Below are positions 1 through 9,663 of a stretch of DNA of 64,000 bases, piece after piece. Origin of the DNA: an uncultured delta proteobacterium (GTDB taxonomy: Bacteria; Desulfobacterota; Binatia; UBA9968). The DNA lies in assembly GCA_963737905.1 (NCBI GenBank), contig CAVTUQ010000028.1, forward strand, positions 1 through 64,000, written 5' to 3'. The translations under genes and the position numbers were made by a program. Within the stretch, counting starts at the first letter, position 1. Each line of letters starts with the position of its first letter. The notes under the pieces are model-generated. The model did no database searches. It worked only from the letters and a program-made list of their open reading frames with translations, and was not told the origin of the DNA.

Positions 1-130
1 ACTACAGACCGACGGAAGAACGGCACGCTTAGCCTGCTCGGCACAAGCGGCTAACTCGCCGCTTTTAGAGGTCATAGGCACCGACATCCTATGACCGTAG
101 GTTCGGATTCTTGCACGCACTAGTTGTAGA
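1..130. other. Structured non-coding segment (nested hairpins); possibly the end of an IS element, truncated by the window edge
   Basis: Stems CGGC 21-24/GCCG 58-61, TTAGCC 29-34/GGCTAA 49-54, and perfect GGTCATAGG 70-78/CCTATGACC 88-96; lies just past the truncated pqqD. Confidence 0.4.
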
Positions 131-148
131 GGCCTGTACGTGGGCCAT

Positions 149-331
149 TTAAAAACGAGTCGAGGATTGTGTGGACAACGAATGTACCGGGGTTTGCATT
201 AGATTCCAAATAAGGGCCCCGCAGGGATTCAGGCTGTAGTAGACGCCGTCTTGGGTATTCAAGATCACTGCCTCTCCGGCCAAATCGCATGAGACTTGCT
301 CTTTTGAAACAGCAACGACAGAGGATTTCAC
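149..331 (-). pseudogene. PqqD/RRE-family protein, C-terminally truncated
   Basis: VSCDLAGEAVILNxxxGVYYSLNxxGALIWNLMQTP is the typical PqqD-family N-half; ORF stops at 60 aa without the final helices (family about 90 aa). Confidence 0.7.
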
Positions 332-447
332 AATTTGACAGTCCCTTTAATCCTTTCGAACGAAGTTCGCTCGTTTGATCTTCGTAAGTCGCTTCGATTA
401 CTCTCCGTCCTAATGACCCCAAGCTTTGGTGATTGACCGGTTCAGTA

Positions 448-1689
448 TCATGCGAGTGCGACACTCTTCATTTCGGGAGGAACCGAGCAATAATTTTTGT
501 GAACGACTTTCTCTAGAATCCTCTCCAGCTTTTCGCCCTGATCCTCCCACCGGTGATGTCGCTCAACATACGACCGCGCTTGTGCCGAAAAGCCATGCCA
601 CGAATCGGCATCGGCTCCAAGAAATGTCACCAAATGTTTCGCGAAAGAAGCCGGATCATCGGCAACGCGAATCCCGTCGGCTTCGGTCGCAGGAATACCT
701 TTGAAGGTCTCACTGGTACCAACGACCGGGACTCCCATCGCCATGGCTTCGAGGATCTTGTTCTGTACTCCGCGTGCTAATCGAAACGGTCCTACGGCAA
801 CAGTTGCCTGCGCCAAGTGCGGGCGCACATCATTGACCGTGCCCGTGACAAAGACACCGTCTTGATTAGCCAGGTTTTTCACGTGCCGCCCCGGATTCCT
901 TCCCACTATATTAAATCGAGCATTGGGTACGGCAGTGCGCACGAAGGGAAAAATACTCTCGCAAAAATAGCGGACCGCATCGATATTAGGAAAGTAGTCC
1001 ATTACACCAATAAACACGATGAGTGGCCGAACTTCTGATTCGGAATGGCTGGATTTGGGCTTAAAATATTCCAAATCAACACCATTGGAGACGACCGATA
1101 CCGGCCACTCATGCAAATGCCTTGTCAATAGCCGCGCCTCTGCTTCAGAAGTAACAATGGCATGATCAAATTCGCGCATGATTGTTTCCTCGTATCTCGC
1201 CAATAAATTCGCTTCACGTCGATAAACGATCGAGAATGGAAATGGATCGTGGTCCGCATACATACGCCATTTCTCCGAGTCCACGTCAATGAAGTCGATG
1301 ATCTTGGGAATAGCCACCCGAGCATCCACATACTGAACCATGGATGAGCATGAAACGATGATGCAATCGAATGACTCCGTCGCAATCTTCCGCCGAACGA
1401 GTTCGGCGAACGCCTTACGATAGAAAAGCTGAACCGACAAAGGTTTATTTCGAAGTATCGCCGCCGGGCCAAGAACTATCGTCGCAACGCTGTTTCGACG
1501 CACGACGTCTACAGACACACAATATTCCTTGAGATTGATTGTTTGCCTAACCTCACCTGGATCGTCCACGAAGCTGCAGAGATGTATAGTATGTTTACCT
1601 GCAAGTTGTCGGATCTGATTAAAAGTCCGAATCTTCTCTCCTTTGCTTGGAGGGTAAGGGAAACGATGAGCAAGATATAATATTTTCAC
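448..1689 (-). CDS. GT4 glycosyltransferase, PEP-CTERM/XrtA-system type (TIGR03087-like)
   Basis: ILYLAHRFPYPPSKGEKIR N-terminus, DFIDVDSEKW, FIGVMDYFPN, ARGVQNKILEAMAMG. Confidence 0.9.
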   Translation of the reverse strand: MKILYLAHRFPYPPSKGEKIRTFNQIRQLAGKHTIHLCSFVDDPGEVRQTINLKEYCVSVDVVRRNSVATIVLGPAAILRNKPLSVQLFYRKAFAELVRRKIATESFDCIIVSCSSMVQYVDARVAIPKIIDFIDVDSEKWRMYADHDPFPFSIVYRREANLLARYEETIMREFDHAIVTSEAEARLLTRHLHEWPVSVVSNGVDLEYFKPKSSHSESEVRPLIVFIGVMDYFPNIDAVRYFCESIFPFVRTAVPNARFNIVGRNPGRHVKNLANQDGVFVTGTVNDVRPHLAQATVAVGPFRLARGVQNKILEAMAMGVPVVGTSETFKGIPATEADGIRVADDPASFAKHLVTFLGADADSWHGFSAQARSYVERHHRWEDQGEKLERILEKVVHKNYCSVPPEMKSVALA

Positions 1690-1892
1690 AATTTCTCAGT
1701 TAGAACGGAGAAAATGGTTATAAGCCCCGATAACGTCTTTACTTTTATGGCACTCTTCGTGGTTTACTTCGTCTGCGATTACGAACTCCCACCAGTAAGA
1801 ACAATAAACCTATTGGAAAGATATAGTCGGATGAGCCGACTACCACAGCCAGGCCACGCTTGTGTGCGAAGAATGAACGCAAAGATTGTTAC

Positions 1893-3281
1893 CTATGAAA
1901 GGGCGGGAGCGCGTCGATTTAGGAGGGCATCGAACCTATCTGAGAGAATCTTTGTGACGTTTTTTACGTTAAACTTCTCCCCTGCAGTAGGGTTGACCTG
2001 ATGGGCAATCGGATCTTGCTGCCACGCCCTGTAAAGCTTGAGTATGGCTGCGGCTATATCCTGAACATCCGTCGCCTCGGCCGTGACACCAATTGATTCC
2101 TGAATCACCAGGTCGGATGTTGAACCACCACGGGGTGATATCACCAAGATCGGCTTTTCCATTCCTATATATTCAAATAGTTTTGAAGGAATTTGAGTCG
2201 TTGTTCCCGGCTGTAGTAATAAAAGGGCATTGGAATTCCGCAGGTATTCCAAACTCTTTTGATATGGAACATGCGGTACCACCTTGACGATATCGTCAAG
2301 TCGCCAGGATTTGAGACATTCGTTCAAATCATACGTGAGTTCCACAGATCCCACGAGCCAGACCTGAATCTTGTCACGCTCTATGCATCGCACGTTTACG
2401 AGTGATGCGAGCGCTTCCAAAAATAACATTGGGTCCCGTTTCCCATATAGAAATCCCGTATGTGTAAGAATAAACTTGGCGGGACACCTCAACTCCGTCG
2501 TCGTTCCTCCGTCATAATCACTAGGATCAAAACCGTTATTGAGAACCATGAATTTGGTAGTTGGATGGCTCGAAAACCTCTCCGCGAACTCCGCATTCAT
2601 GTTGGCAGTATTGCTTATTACTAGATTCGAACCTTCTATAACCATTCGTTCAAGGATAGCCTCGGCGCGATCTTTAATGAAGGAGGCATGGTCGCGAAAT
2701 GGATTTGTTAGCCACGGGTCTCTAAAATCGGTGATCAGTGGTTTCCCTGTCAACCGTTTAAGCGCTAGCCCAATCAGGTGGGCCGTCCAGGGTTTTCCGG
2801 TGGAGTAGATAACATCGATCATTTCCCTTCGGATTGCTTTCCTACCCGCAACAACTGCTGGTATTAGCCACCCTAACTCGCTGTCTGGAATGTCAAAGAG
2901 ATCGGTTAAGCTATCCTTCATTGCTTGGTAGTAGCGCCTTGCGCCTGTTTCATAATGGGTTGAATTGTCGACCTTCTGACTCGCTCTCGACAAATTTCCA
3001 CGATTACGGTTTTTCAGTTCCAGCAGCTTGTTCAGCCACCTAAAAACGGTGGTACGGATGACCTTGATTTCTGGTGGTAACCGTTCCAAAAGAGTTCTGT
3101 CCATTTCGAGATAAGGCTCATAGCAGGTTTCACGAACAGTGAGGATAATGGGCTCCCATTGAAACTGGGGAAGATACTTCACAAATTTCAGAATTCTTTG
3201 TGAGCCGGCTGCTCCGATTCCGCCCACCGGCGGAAAGAAATACGCAACCATAAGCACTTTTTTGCTGCTTTGTTTAGGCAT
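1893..3281 (-). CDS. GT4-family glycosyltransferase
   Basis: VLMVAYFFPP..G.QRILKFVKYL, DFRDPW, NGFDP, IPSKLFEY. Confidence 0.88.
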   Translation of the reverse strand: MPKQSSKKVLMVAYFFPPVGGIGAAGSQRILKFVKYLPQFQWEPIILTVRETCYEPYLEMDRTLLERLPPEIKVIRTTVFRWLNKLLELKNRNRGNLSRASQKVDNSTHYETGARRYYQAMKDSLTDLFDIPDSELGWLIPAVVAGRKAIRREMIDVIYSTGKPWTAHLIGLALKRLTGKPLITDFRDPWLTNPFRDHASFIKDRAEAILERMVIEGSNLVISNTANMNAEFAERFSSHPTTKFMVLNNGFDPSDYDGGTTTELRCPAKFILTHTGFLYGKRDPMLFLEALASLVNVRCIERDKIQVWLVGSVELTYDLNECLKSWRLDDIVKVVPHVPYQKSLEYLRNSNALLLLQPGTTTQIPSKLFEYIGMEKPILVISPRGGSTSDLVIQESIGVTAEATDVQDIAAAILKLYRAWQQDPIAHQVNPTAGEKFNVKNVTKILSDRFDALLNRRAPALS

Positions 3282-3539
3282 ATGAAACCCGTGACATAGC
3301 CTTCCCGGACCTACGTCCCCGCGTTACGGATACGACCGAGTAACGGAGGTTCTGCTCATTAAGGCAAAGAATCTAGGAAACGCGGCAGGCGACGGGACTG
3401 ATTGGTACAACTTGATCGGGGCAGGTAATGATATTAGAGAAAACCCGACAACAGGAGCATTTCGAGCGGATTCTGACACAACAGCACCAGAAGATCGCAG
3501 GTTTACTGGGGACGCAACAGTATTTAACTGCGTCGGAAG

Positions 3540-4961
3540 TTAAACGGGGCGCGGCCGGAAGACCGTCCATTTTTGTAGATCATATAGATGGTCGTCCGTA
3601 CGATTCACCAATTTCTTCAATAATCGTTTTGCTGTGATCAAAAGGGGCTTGGCCTTGGAACAACGAGGGACAGGCGGATTGTTTATTTGTCTCACCATAT
3701 CAATCAACTCCTGGTGAAGCCTCGACCCTATTCTGTTAGAGCTAGTGTATTCAAAGATGCCCCCAGAGCCGACAAAAAGTGTCTCATGACCGTATGCACT
3801 CGTGAGACTTCTCTTAAAATATTGCATGCGCGTCGTATAGATGAGGTCGTAGTTCTGGTTGGTATGCCGGTCCAACGCTACAGGGTTGACGGCTAACTCA
3901 TGGCTTCGCTTAATTATTTCTATTCCCGCCTTACTGTTTTTGAAACGGACGAGAAACTTGTAATCTTCCTCGAACATCTCGAAGTAATGTGTCGACTTTC
4001 TGATATTATCCCGAATCAAGTCAACGGCCTCCTGCAACGATCTACCGTCCACGGGCCGTTGGGTGTTCACTCGATTAATCGAGTCCTGGTAGAGAGTTCG
4101 TACGCTTTCACTACAAATCGGCCGTCTAATTTTGTTAACTAAAATCTTGCCCTTCTCAATAATGAATCCAGGCGCAATATCCGCTACGACGGTAGCACTC
4201 CCGGGATACAGTCGTTTGTAAACTTCAGTCGGCCGTTCACCGTTGTGAATCGCCTCGTTGGACCAAAATAAATCCTCTTCCAAAAGAACCACATCCGCTG
4301 CAAAGGGAAATGCAAATCTTGGAGCGAGCCTCTGGATCACCTCCGCCCAGGATTGGTTAAAATGACTCTGCCTCATTCGGGCCGTTTCGACCTTGTCCTT
4401 ACCTGGGATGACGTAACAGTTAGGGAAATGAGACGCAGTTCCGTATCCACAAAACACATAATCTAGACGGGAATATAAATTCCTTAAAAGACCAGTGAAC
4501 TTGCCTCGAACTACAGATGACGACGCATGGAGAGAGTCGTTAAGATTTAAACAAGTCTCAGTGCCATCGGAGATAGCCATTAGCGAATCACCACCGCCGG
4601 TTGGAACTATTCGACAAGTGATCGAGTGACTTAGATGATGTTCCTTCTCCCCATTAACTTCGATAACCTGGAACCCCAAAGCCCTGATTGGGGTTCGGAG
4701 ATCCGACTCCTCCGGGATTAGCACTCTTATATCTCGGCTAAATTGTTTCAAGGTAGTAGGATGGAAGTGGTCGTGATGCCCATGCGATATATAGATGTAA
4801 TCAATCTTTTGATTTTCTATCGCCGCTAAGTGAGGCTTAGGATACAACCACCATTGCGCACCATAACACGGCCCCTTCCACCAGGGATCGGAAAGGACGC
4901 TTACGCCGTTCGATTGAACTAATATGCTAGCGTGAGCTATGAAAGTAACTCTCATTTTCAT
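3540..4961 (-). CDS. MBL-fold metallo-hydrolase resembling the MBL domain of CMP-Neu5Ac hydroxylase
   Basis: HASILV..SDPWWKGPCYGAQWWLYP and YISHGHHDHFH (HxHxDH); no Rieske motif. Confidence 0.8.
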   Translation of the reverse strand: MKMRVTFIAHASILVQSNGVSVLSDPWWKGPCYGAQWWLYPKPHLAAIENQKIDYIYISHGHHDHFHPTTLKQFSRDIRVLIPEESDLRTPIRALGFQVIEVNGEKEHHLSHSITCRIVPTGGGDSLMAISDGTETCLNLNDSLHASSSVVRGKFTGLLRNLYSRLDYVFCGYGTASHFPNCYVIPGKDKVETARMRQSHFNQSWAEVIQRLAPRFAFPFAADVVLLEEDLFWSNEAIHNGERPTEVYKRLYPGSATVVADIAPGFIIEKGKILVNKIRRPICSESVRTLYQDSINRVNTQRPVDGRSLQEAVDLIRDNIRKSTHYFEMFEEDYKFLVRFKNSKAGIEIIKRSHELAVNPVALDRHTNQNYDLIYTTRMQYFKRSLTSAYGHETLFVGSGGIFEYTSSNRIGSRLHQELIDMVRQINNPPVPRCSKAKPLLITAKRLLKKLVNRTDDHLYDLQKWTVFRPRPV

Positions 4962-4977
4962 TCTGACTGTAATCTAC

Positions 4978-6110
4978 TTAGATGGAATTATCTGAGTGAA
5001 TGGGTTGGTGCGCTTCGTTACTCTGTCGGCTAAAAGCCGACCATTTCTTGCTTTCTTGCCGTGAGGGATGGCGCAACAAGAAATCACCAATCGCAAGATA
5101 ATCTATATTCCCTTGAAGGAAAGCTCGAATGGCATCCTTTGGTGAATTCACAATAGGCTCCTCATGCATGTTGAAACTGGTATTGATTAGCGATGGAATT
5201 CCGCTCAAGCGGTAATAATCACGCACAATACGGTAATAGCTTGGGTTAGCCTCCTCACGTATTAATTGTGGGCGCGCCGTTCCATCGACGTGCACCGCAG
5301 CTGGACAGGTGCGCTTCATATAATCGGTACAGTTGAGTGTGATTGTCATAAACTGGGCAGCCAATTCAGCTCCTTCGACGTTCTCGTAGCAACGTCGACG
5401 TTCTTCATAAAGCGTTACGGGAGCAAAAGGCATGAATTCAGTACGTCCCAACCGCTGATTGAGCCATTGGTTTACTTCCGGCTCTGTCGCACGATACAGG
5501 ATCGAACGATTACCAAGTGCTCGTGGGCCGTATTCCATACGACCATCGAAACGTGCCACTACGTTACCCTCGTGAATAAGCCTGGCGACAACAGGCTCAA
5601 CGGGAAGTATGCGCTCAAAAGTCAGCCCGGCTGCCTGGAGCTCAGCCGCGATAACACCGTTAGAATAATGCGGCCCAAAATAGACCGTTTGATACGGTTC
5701 CCGTTCGTTCAACATCTTAGCGCTGGCTAAAAAGGCGGCGCCTGTACCACAACCGCCATCTCCCATATTCGGGTAAACGAAGACTCGTCTTACCTCGGGG
5801 GATTTCCAGAATCCGTTGGTTCATCTTGACATTAGCAACTACGCCCTCTGCCAGCACCACAGTATCGATTCCTGTCTGCTGCACATAGTGGCGTATGTAA
5901 TTGGTCGCTCTGATTTCCAGTACCCGTTGGTAGGCCGCTGCTACATCAATTTTAGGAAATAGGATCGACAAGTAACGCGAAAAGTAAATATTGTTATTCT
6001 CAAGAATTCGGAAACTTCCAGGTTCTTCGCGAAAACGACCGAGCACAAGATGCAGCAGGATATTGGGGTTTCCATATGCCGGATTCAACACTTGGGCTAG
6101 ACTGCAACTA
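4978..6110 (-). pseudogene. NodU/CmcH-family O-carbamoyltransferase, N-terminally deleted and frameshifted
   Basis: C-half has GRMEYGPRALGNRSIL, FMPFAP, HVDGTARPQ, INTSFNMHEEPIV; upstream frame has DVAAAYQRVLE..VANVKMNQRI; removing one base from G5 at 5797-5801 joins them as EIPEVRRVFVYPNMGDGG; N-terminal part absent. Confidence 0.85.
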
Positions 6111-6287
6111 GTTGCTTTTGGACGCCAACTTAGGCCGAATGGAACCAAGGGTCCGGATATCAAATAGTCACTTAGGCAGCTTTCTTCGATTCGATGACGT
6201 GCAACTACCCCGTCGTCTCCCAGCATCCGTGCGATAAGCTCGTCGCGCAGGCCCAAGTTTAGGTCTGGGACTTACCCGCGGTTATAC

Positions 6288-7553
6288 TTAGAGACACCAA
6301 GTGATCCCGATTGATGAAAGGAGGGCCGCTTGATCGAAATGTCTCAAATAGTTCGCCCCCAAACGCTCGCAGAGGACTCGCACCAGCGTTTGGACTAAGT
6401 GCTTCCAATCGTATTGACGAGCAATTTCCTGCCGAGTGGTCACCGCCTTTGCGTCGACGGCCGTCGGCGCGAGCGCACATTCCAGGGCGCGAGACCACTC
6501 ATTCACGTCCGCTGCCAACGCAATCACTTTTGAGAAGTCCTGTAGAGAGCGAACGGGTGAACCCACTATCGGTCGGCCGCTGGCGAGATATTCGTGTAAC
6601 TTCAACGGGTAAATATTGTTTGTGTACCCGTTGATCCGGTAAGGCATCATACAAGCGTCGAAGTGCTGTGGATAGGCAGCCAAATCCTCTGGCGATTTCC
6701 GTCCCAAGAAGTAAACATTCGGCTGACGAGAGAGCTCCTGGATCATCGGTATAATCTCCACGTGTGAACTCTGCGGACCGACAAACACAAAGGACCAGCC
6801 GCGATGTCGTTTGACGAGATTGAGCATCAACTGCCAGTCAAGTTGTTTTTTGAGGACGCCGGTATACCCAATCCGCGGCCGAGGAATGATAGACAAATCA
6901 CGCGGTTCCGGAACCGGTCTCGCATATGCCTCGAAGTCCACACCGTTGGGAATCAATGCTGTGTTGGGATTGATTGTCCCTTTCCTTTCCAACAATCGAG
7001 GAGAATGAATGAAGACCTGATTTACTTTAGCGATGAGCCTTCTTTCTTCCGCATCGGGTGGTGTCTCGACGTCGGCAAATGAATACTCGTCATCGATATG
7101 ATAGCAACTCAAATCAAACGGAATGGAGTCCAGCGCGGCGGCAAACTCGGGTCGCCACAGATAAAGAATGATCCTATGGCATCCATGTTGGGTTAAAAGA
7201 CGACGAGCCAGTTTCAGCCGCGCATTAAATGTAAATCCCGCCAACCAACTTGGACGGTACAACTTTGGCCATCGAAATACAGGATCGTAAACATATAAAC
7301 CTGGCAAATTCAGTCTAGGCGCGACATGCATACGTCCATTCGGCTTGCAAAACATGCCACGCCAGTCGGGTGCAGGCGGTACCCAAAGGACCTGAAAATA
7401 ACGAGCCATGGTTGCGAGCACATAATGGCGCGGTTGCCAGAGATCGAACCATCCATCCGGAACGAGCGCCAATATACCTACTTCAGGTATTAATGGTCGA
7501 TTATTGTGAATGGTCGACATCTCTGTCTCTTCCGTCCGTGCCTTTTTGACCAT
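6288..7553 (-). CDS. GT4-like glycosyltransferase (TuaH-like)
   Basis: YHIDDEY, IPNGVDFE, PRPRIGYTG, YPLKLHEYLASGRPIV. Confidence 0.88.
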   Translation of the reverse strand: MVKKARTEETEMSTIHNNRPLIPEVGILALVPDGWFDLWQPRHYVLATMARYFQVLWVPPAPDWRGMFCKPNGRMHVAPRLNLPGLYVYDPVFRWPKLYRPSWLAGFTFNARLKLARRLLTQHGCHRIILYLWRPEFAAALDSIPFDLSCYHIDDEYSFADVETPPDAEERRLIAKVNQVFIHSPRLLERKGTINPNTALIPNGVDFEAYARPVPEPRDLSIIPRPRIGYTGVLKKQLDWQLMLNLVKRHRGWSFVFVGPQSSHVEIIPMIQELSRQPNVYFLGRKSPEDLAAYPQHFDACMMPYRINGYTNNIYPLKLHEYLASGRPIVGSPVRSLQDFSKVIALAADVNEWSRALECALAPTAVDAKAVTTRQEIARQYDWKHLVQTLVRVLCERLGANYLRHFDQAALLSSIGITWCL

Positions 7554-7666
7554 CCACCATGTGTCTCATGATTTGCCTTTGCTGTTGACTATCCGAATGC
7601 GCGAAAATTCCTCAGCCAGCCAAACCGGGAATTGCCGTAGTTATCAAATGATCCTTAAATCTGACG

Positions 7667-8635
7667 TTAAAAAAACATACCCGTGGCCTTTTCAGCGAAA
7701 GTCTTAACCGAGCTTTGTGGTTTTTGCAGCAAGGTGAGGATCTCTTCATTTAATCGACAGACAGCGCCGTTTAGGATCCCATAAAGACATCTCAGACTAT
7801 CTGAAACCAAGTTGCCGGCAAAACTCTGCGTCACCACCTGTTTAATCAACGTGACGATTTCCCAGTAGGCATATTTAAGCACCGCTCGATCGCCTCTGAC
7901 AATGTGCTTACAATAGAAGGCGCCTCTCCCTCGCGCATAATTTCGCCTCACGGCTTCACAGTCTGAACCCGCTCTTCTACCATGATTATGATACACAACA
8001 GCGTCCGGAGAATAGATAACTTTGAATTCCCTCTTGCAAGTTCGGTAGATCAAATCCACGTCTTCAGATATAAGCGCGTGCTTACTTCCCGGGCCGAGGT
8101 CCTGATCAAAGTATCCAATGGTGTCGAAGATCTCTTTCTTAACTACCATGTTGCAGCCAATGATAGAAGGAAATGACGCCTCGAATGGATTTCGGGAAAG
8201 CACCCTCCTTTCTCTTGAAATTCTCACTGTGAGCGGGTCATCCATCAAGTCGTAAAGTTCGACCCGCCCTCCCATCGCCGCCAGATCTCTGTCCGCCTCA
8301 AATTCTGCCAAAATTATTGCGATCCATGCGGAGTCGACGATGCAATCGTCGTCGGTCATCGCGATAATTTTACCAGTCGCTTTACGTATCCCAGCATTAA
8401 GAGCAAACGACTTTCCCTGTTGTGGCGCGAACACATAGCGAAAATTTAAGCCGTTGTCTTCAATGAAGGACTTTACAACCGACTGAGTCGAGTCCGTTGA
8501 ATTGTTATCAACGACAATAACTTCCCAATGCGTATGCTCCGGCAGCTGTGATTTTACCAGACTGTGCAATGTCGCTAATAGACAGTTGCGTCGGTTATAG
8601 GTGGCAACCACAACGCTAATTTCCACAATGTTCAC
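7667..8635 (-). CDS. GT2-family glycosyltransferase
   Basis: ISVVVATYNR, VVDNNSTD, GKSFALN, TDDD, EDVD; GTG start at 8635 overlaps the upstream TGA (GTGA). Confidence 0.9.
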   Translation of the reverse strand: MNIVEISVVVATYNRRNCLLATLHSLVKSQLPEHTHWEVIVVDNNSTDSTQSVVKSFIEDNGLNFRYVFAPQQGKSFALNAGIRKATGKIIAMTDDDCIVDSAWIAIILAEFEADRDLAAMGGRVELYDLMDDPLTVRISRERRVLSRNPFEASFPSIIGCNMVVKKEIFDTIGYFDQDLGPGSKHALISEDVDLIYRTCKREFKVIYSPDAVVYHNHGRRAGSDCEAVRRNYARGRGAFYCKHIVRGDRAVLKYAYWEIVTLIKQVVTQSFAGNLVSDSLRCLYGILNGAVCRLNEEILTLLQKPQSSVKTFAEKATGMFF

Positions 8636-9624
8636 TTTTCGCCGAGCGATGTGGCTCTGGTCTTGGCTGAAGGTGGCATGCAAGATAGCTCGCTCAAACG
8701 GCGTTGCCGACATTCGTCGACGACTGCATGGCAATAAGCTGTCTCAAGAAAAGCATCCAACCATTTTCGCCCCTTATAAGGGGCGTATACACAAGCCTTA
8801 ATTTTACACTCCAAATAACGTCTGATTACCCACCGTGGCAGCTTGCAGAGGTAATGACATGTATTGTCTTGAGAATCGGGTTCCTGCTGTAGTCGCGACC
8901 GACTTACTCCACGATGATGCTCCCAAATATAGTTTTTTGTTAATCGAGCTGCCGGAATATAATGATGCACACAGGCGGTCCCGACCCATATACCTTGATA
9001 ACCGGCCTTCCTGAATTGGTTGATAATATCTATTTCTTCACCGGCAAGCATTCCGCCGCCACTCCGGCCAAGGTTCGGATTAAATTGATAGTGCTTCAAA
9101 ACATCTGTACGAAAACCAATATTGGCGCCATAAGGATACTCTTTCACAGAAAAGGGACGAACGACGCCACCCAATCGCCGAATCGCATATGCGCCTTGCA
9201 ACCGATAGTCGTTTAAATGACGCCGAAGCCACAAGGGCGGCTCGACTTCGAACCATGGCTCCACGGTACCACCAAAATACGCAGCATCAGGATAAGCTTC
9301 CAAGGCATTCATATACTCTAGTAACCAGGAGTCTTCGACTAAAACGTCATCATCAATCCAAAAAATGTAATCTCCGGTGGCGGCGTTCAATGCGCAATTT
9401 CGTGCATTCGAAAGCCCTTGTATTGGCTCGACAAGGCTACGAATGGGCAATCTGTCTAAATAACTATCGATGACCTCGTCCGTCGCGTCGGTACAATTAT
9501 TATTAACTATGAGCAATTCCCATTGGACTCTCGAAGGGATGATGAGCTTCGTCAATCGGTCGAGTACTTGGCGAAGCGAGTTACAACGATTCCATGTGCA
9601 GATCGCTACAGACACAATATGCAT
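8632..9624 (-). CDS. GT2-family glycosyltransferase
   Basis: VSVAICTWNR, NNNCTD, GLSNARN, IDDD, YGANIGFR, GEE; start could be 9642. Confidence 0.9.
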   Translation of the reverse strand: MHIVSVAICTWNRCNSLRQVLDRLTKLIIPSRVQWELLIVNNNCTDATDEVIDSYLDRLPIRSLVEPIQGLSNARNCALNAATGDYIFWIDDDVLVEDSWLLEYMNALEAYPDAAYFGGTVEPWFEVEPPLWLRRHLNDYRLQGAYAIRRLGGVVRPFSVKEYPYGANIGFRTDVLKHYQFNPNLGRSGGGMLAGEEIDIINQFRKAGYQGIWVGTACVHHYIPAARLTKNYIWEHHRGVSRSRLQQEPDSQDNTCHYLCKLPRWVIRRYLECKIKACVYAPYKGRKWLDAFLETAYCHAVVDECRQRRLSELSCMPPSAKTRATSLGEK

Positions 9625-9663
9625 ACCAATCCAGTATCCCAAGCAATTTTTATAATCCGGTAT

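Noticed and set aside
120-464. Complete lasso peptide/RiPP cluster
   Set aside because: Only a truncated PqqD is present; no precursor, peptidase or cyclase in the window.
5797-5801. G5 tract as a phase-variation switch
   Set aside because: Tract is short and the gene also lacks its N-terminus, so reversion would not restore function.
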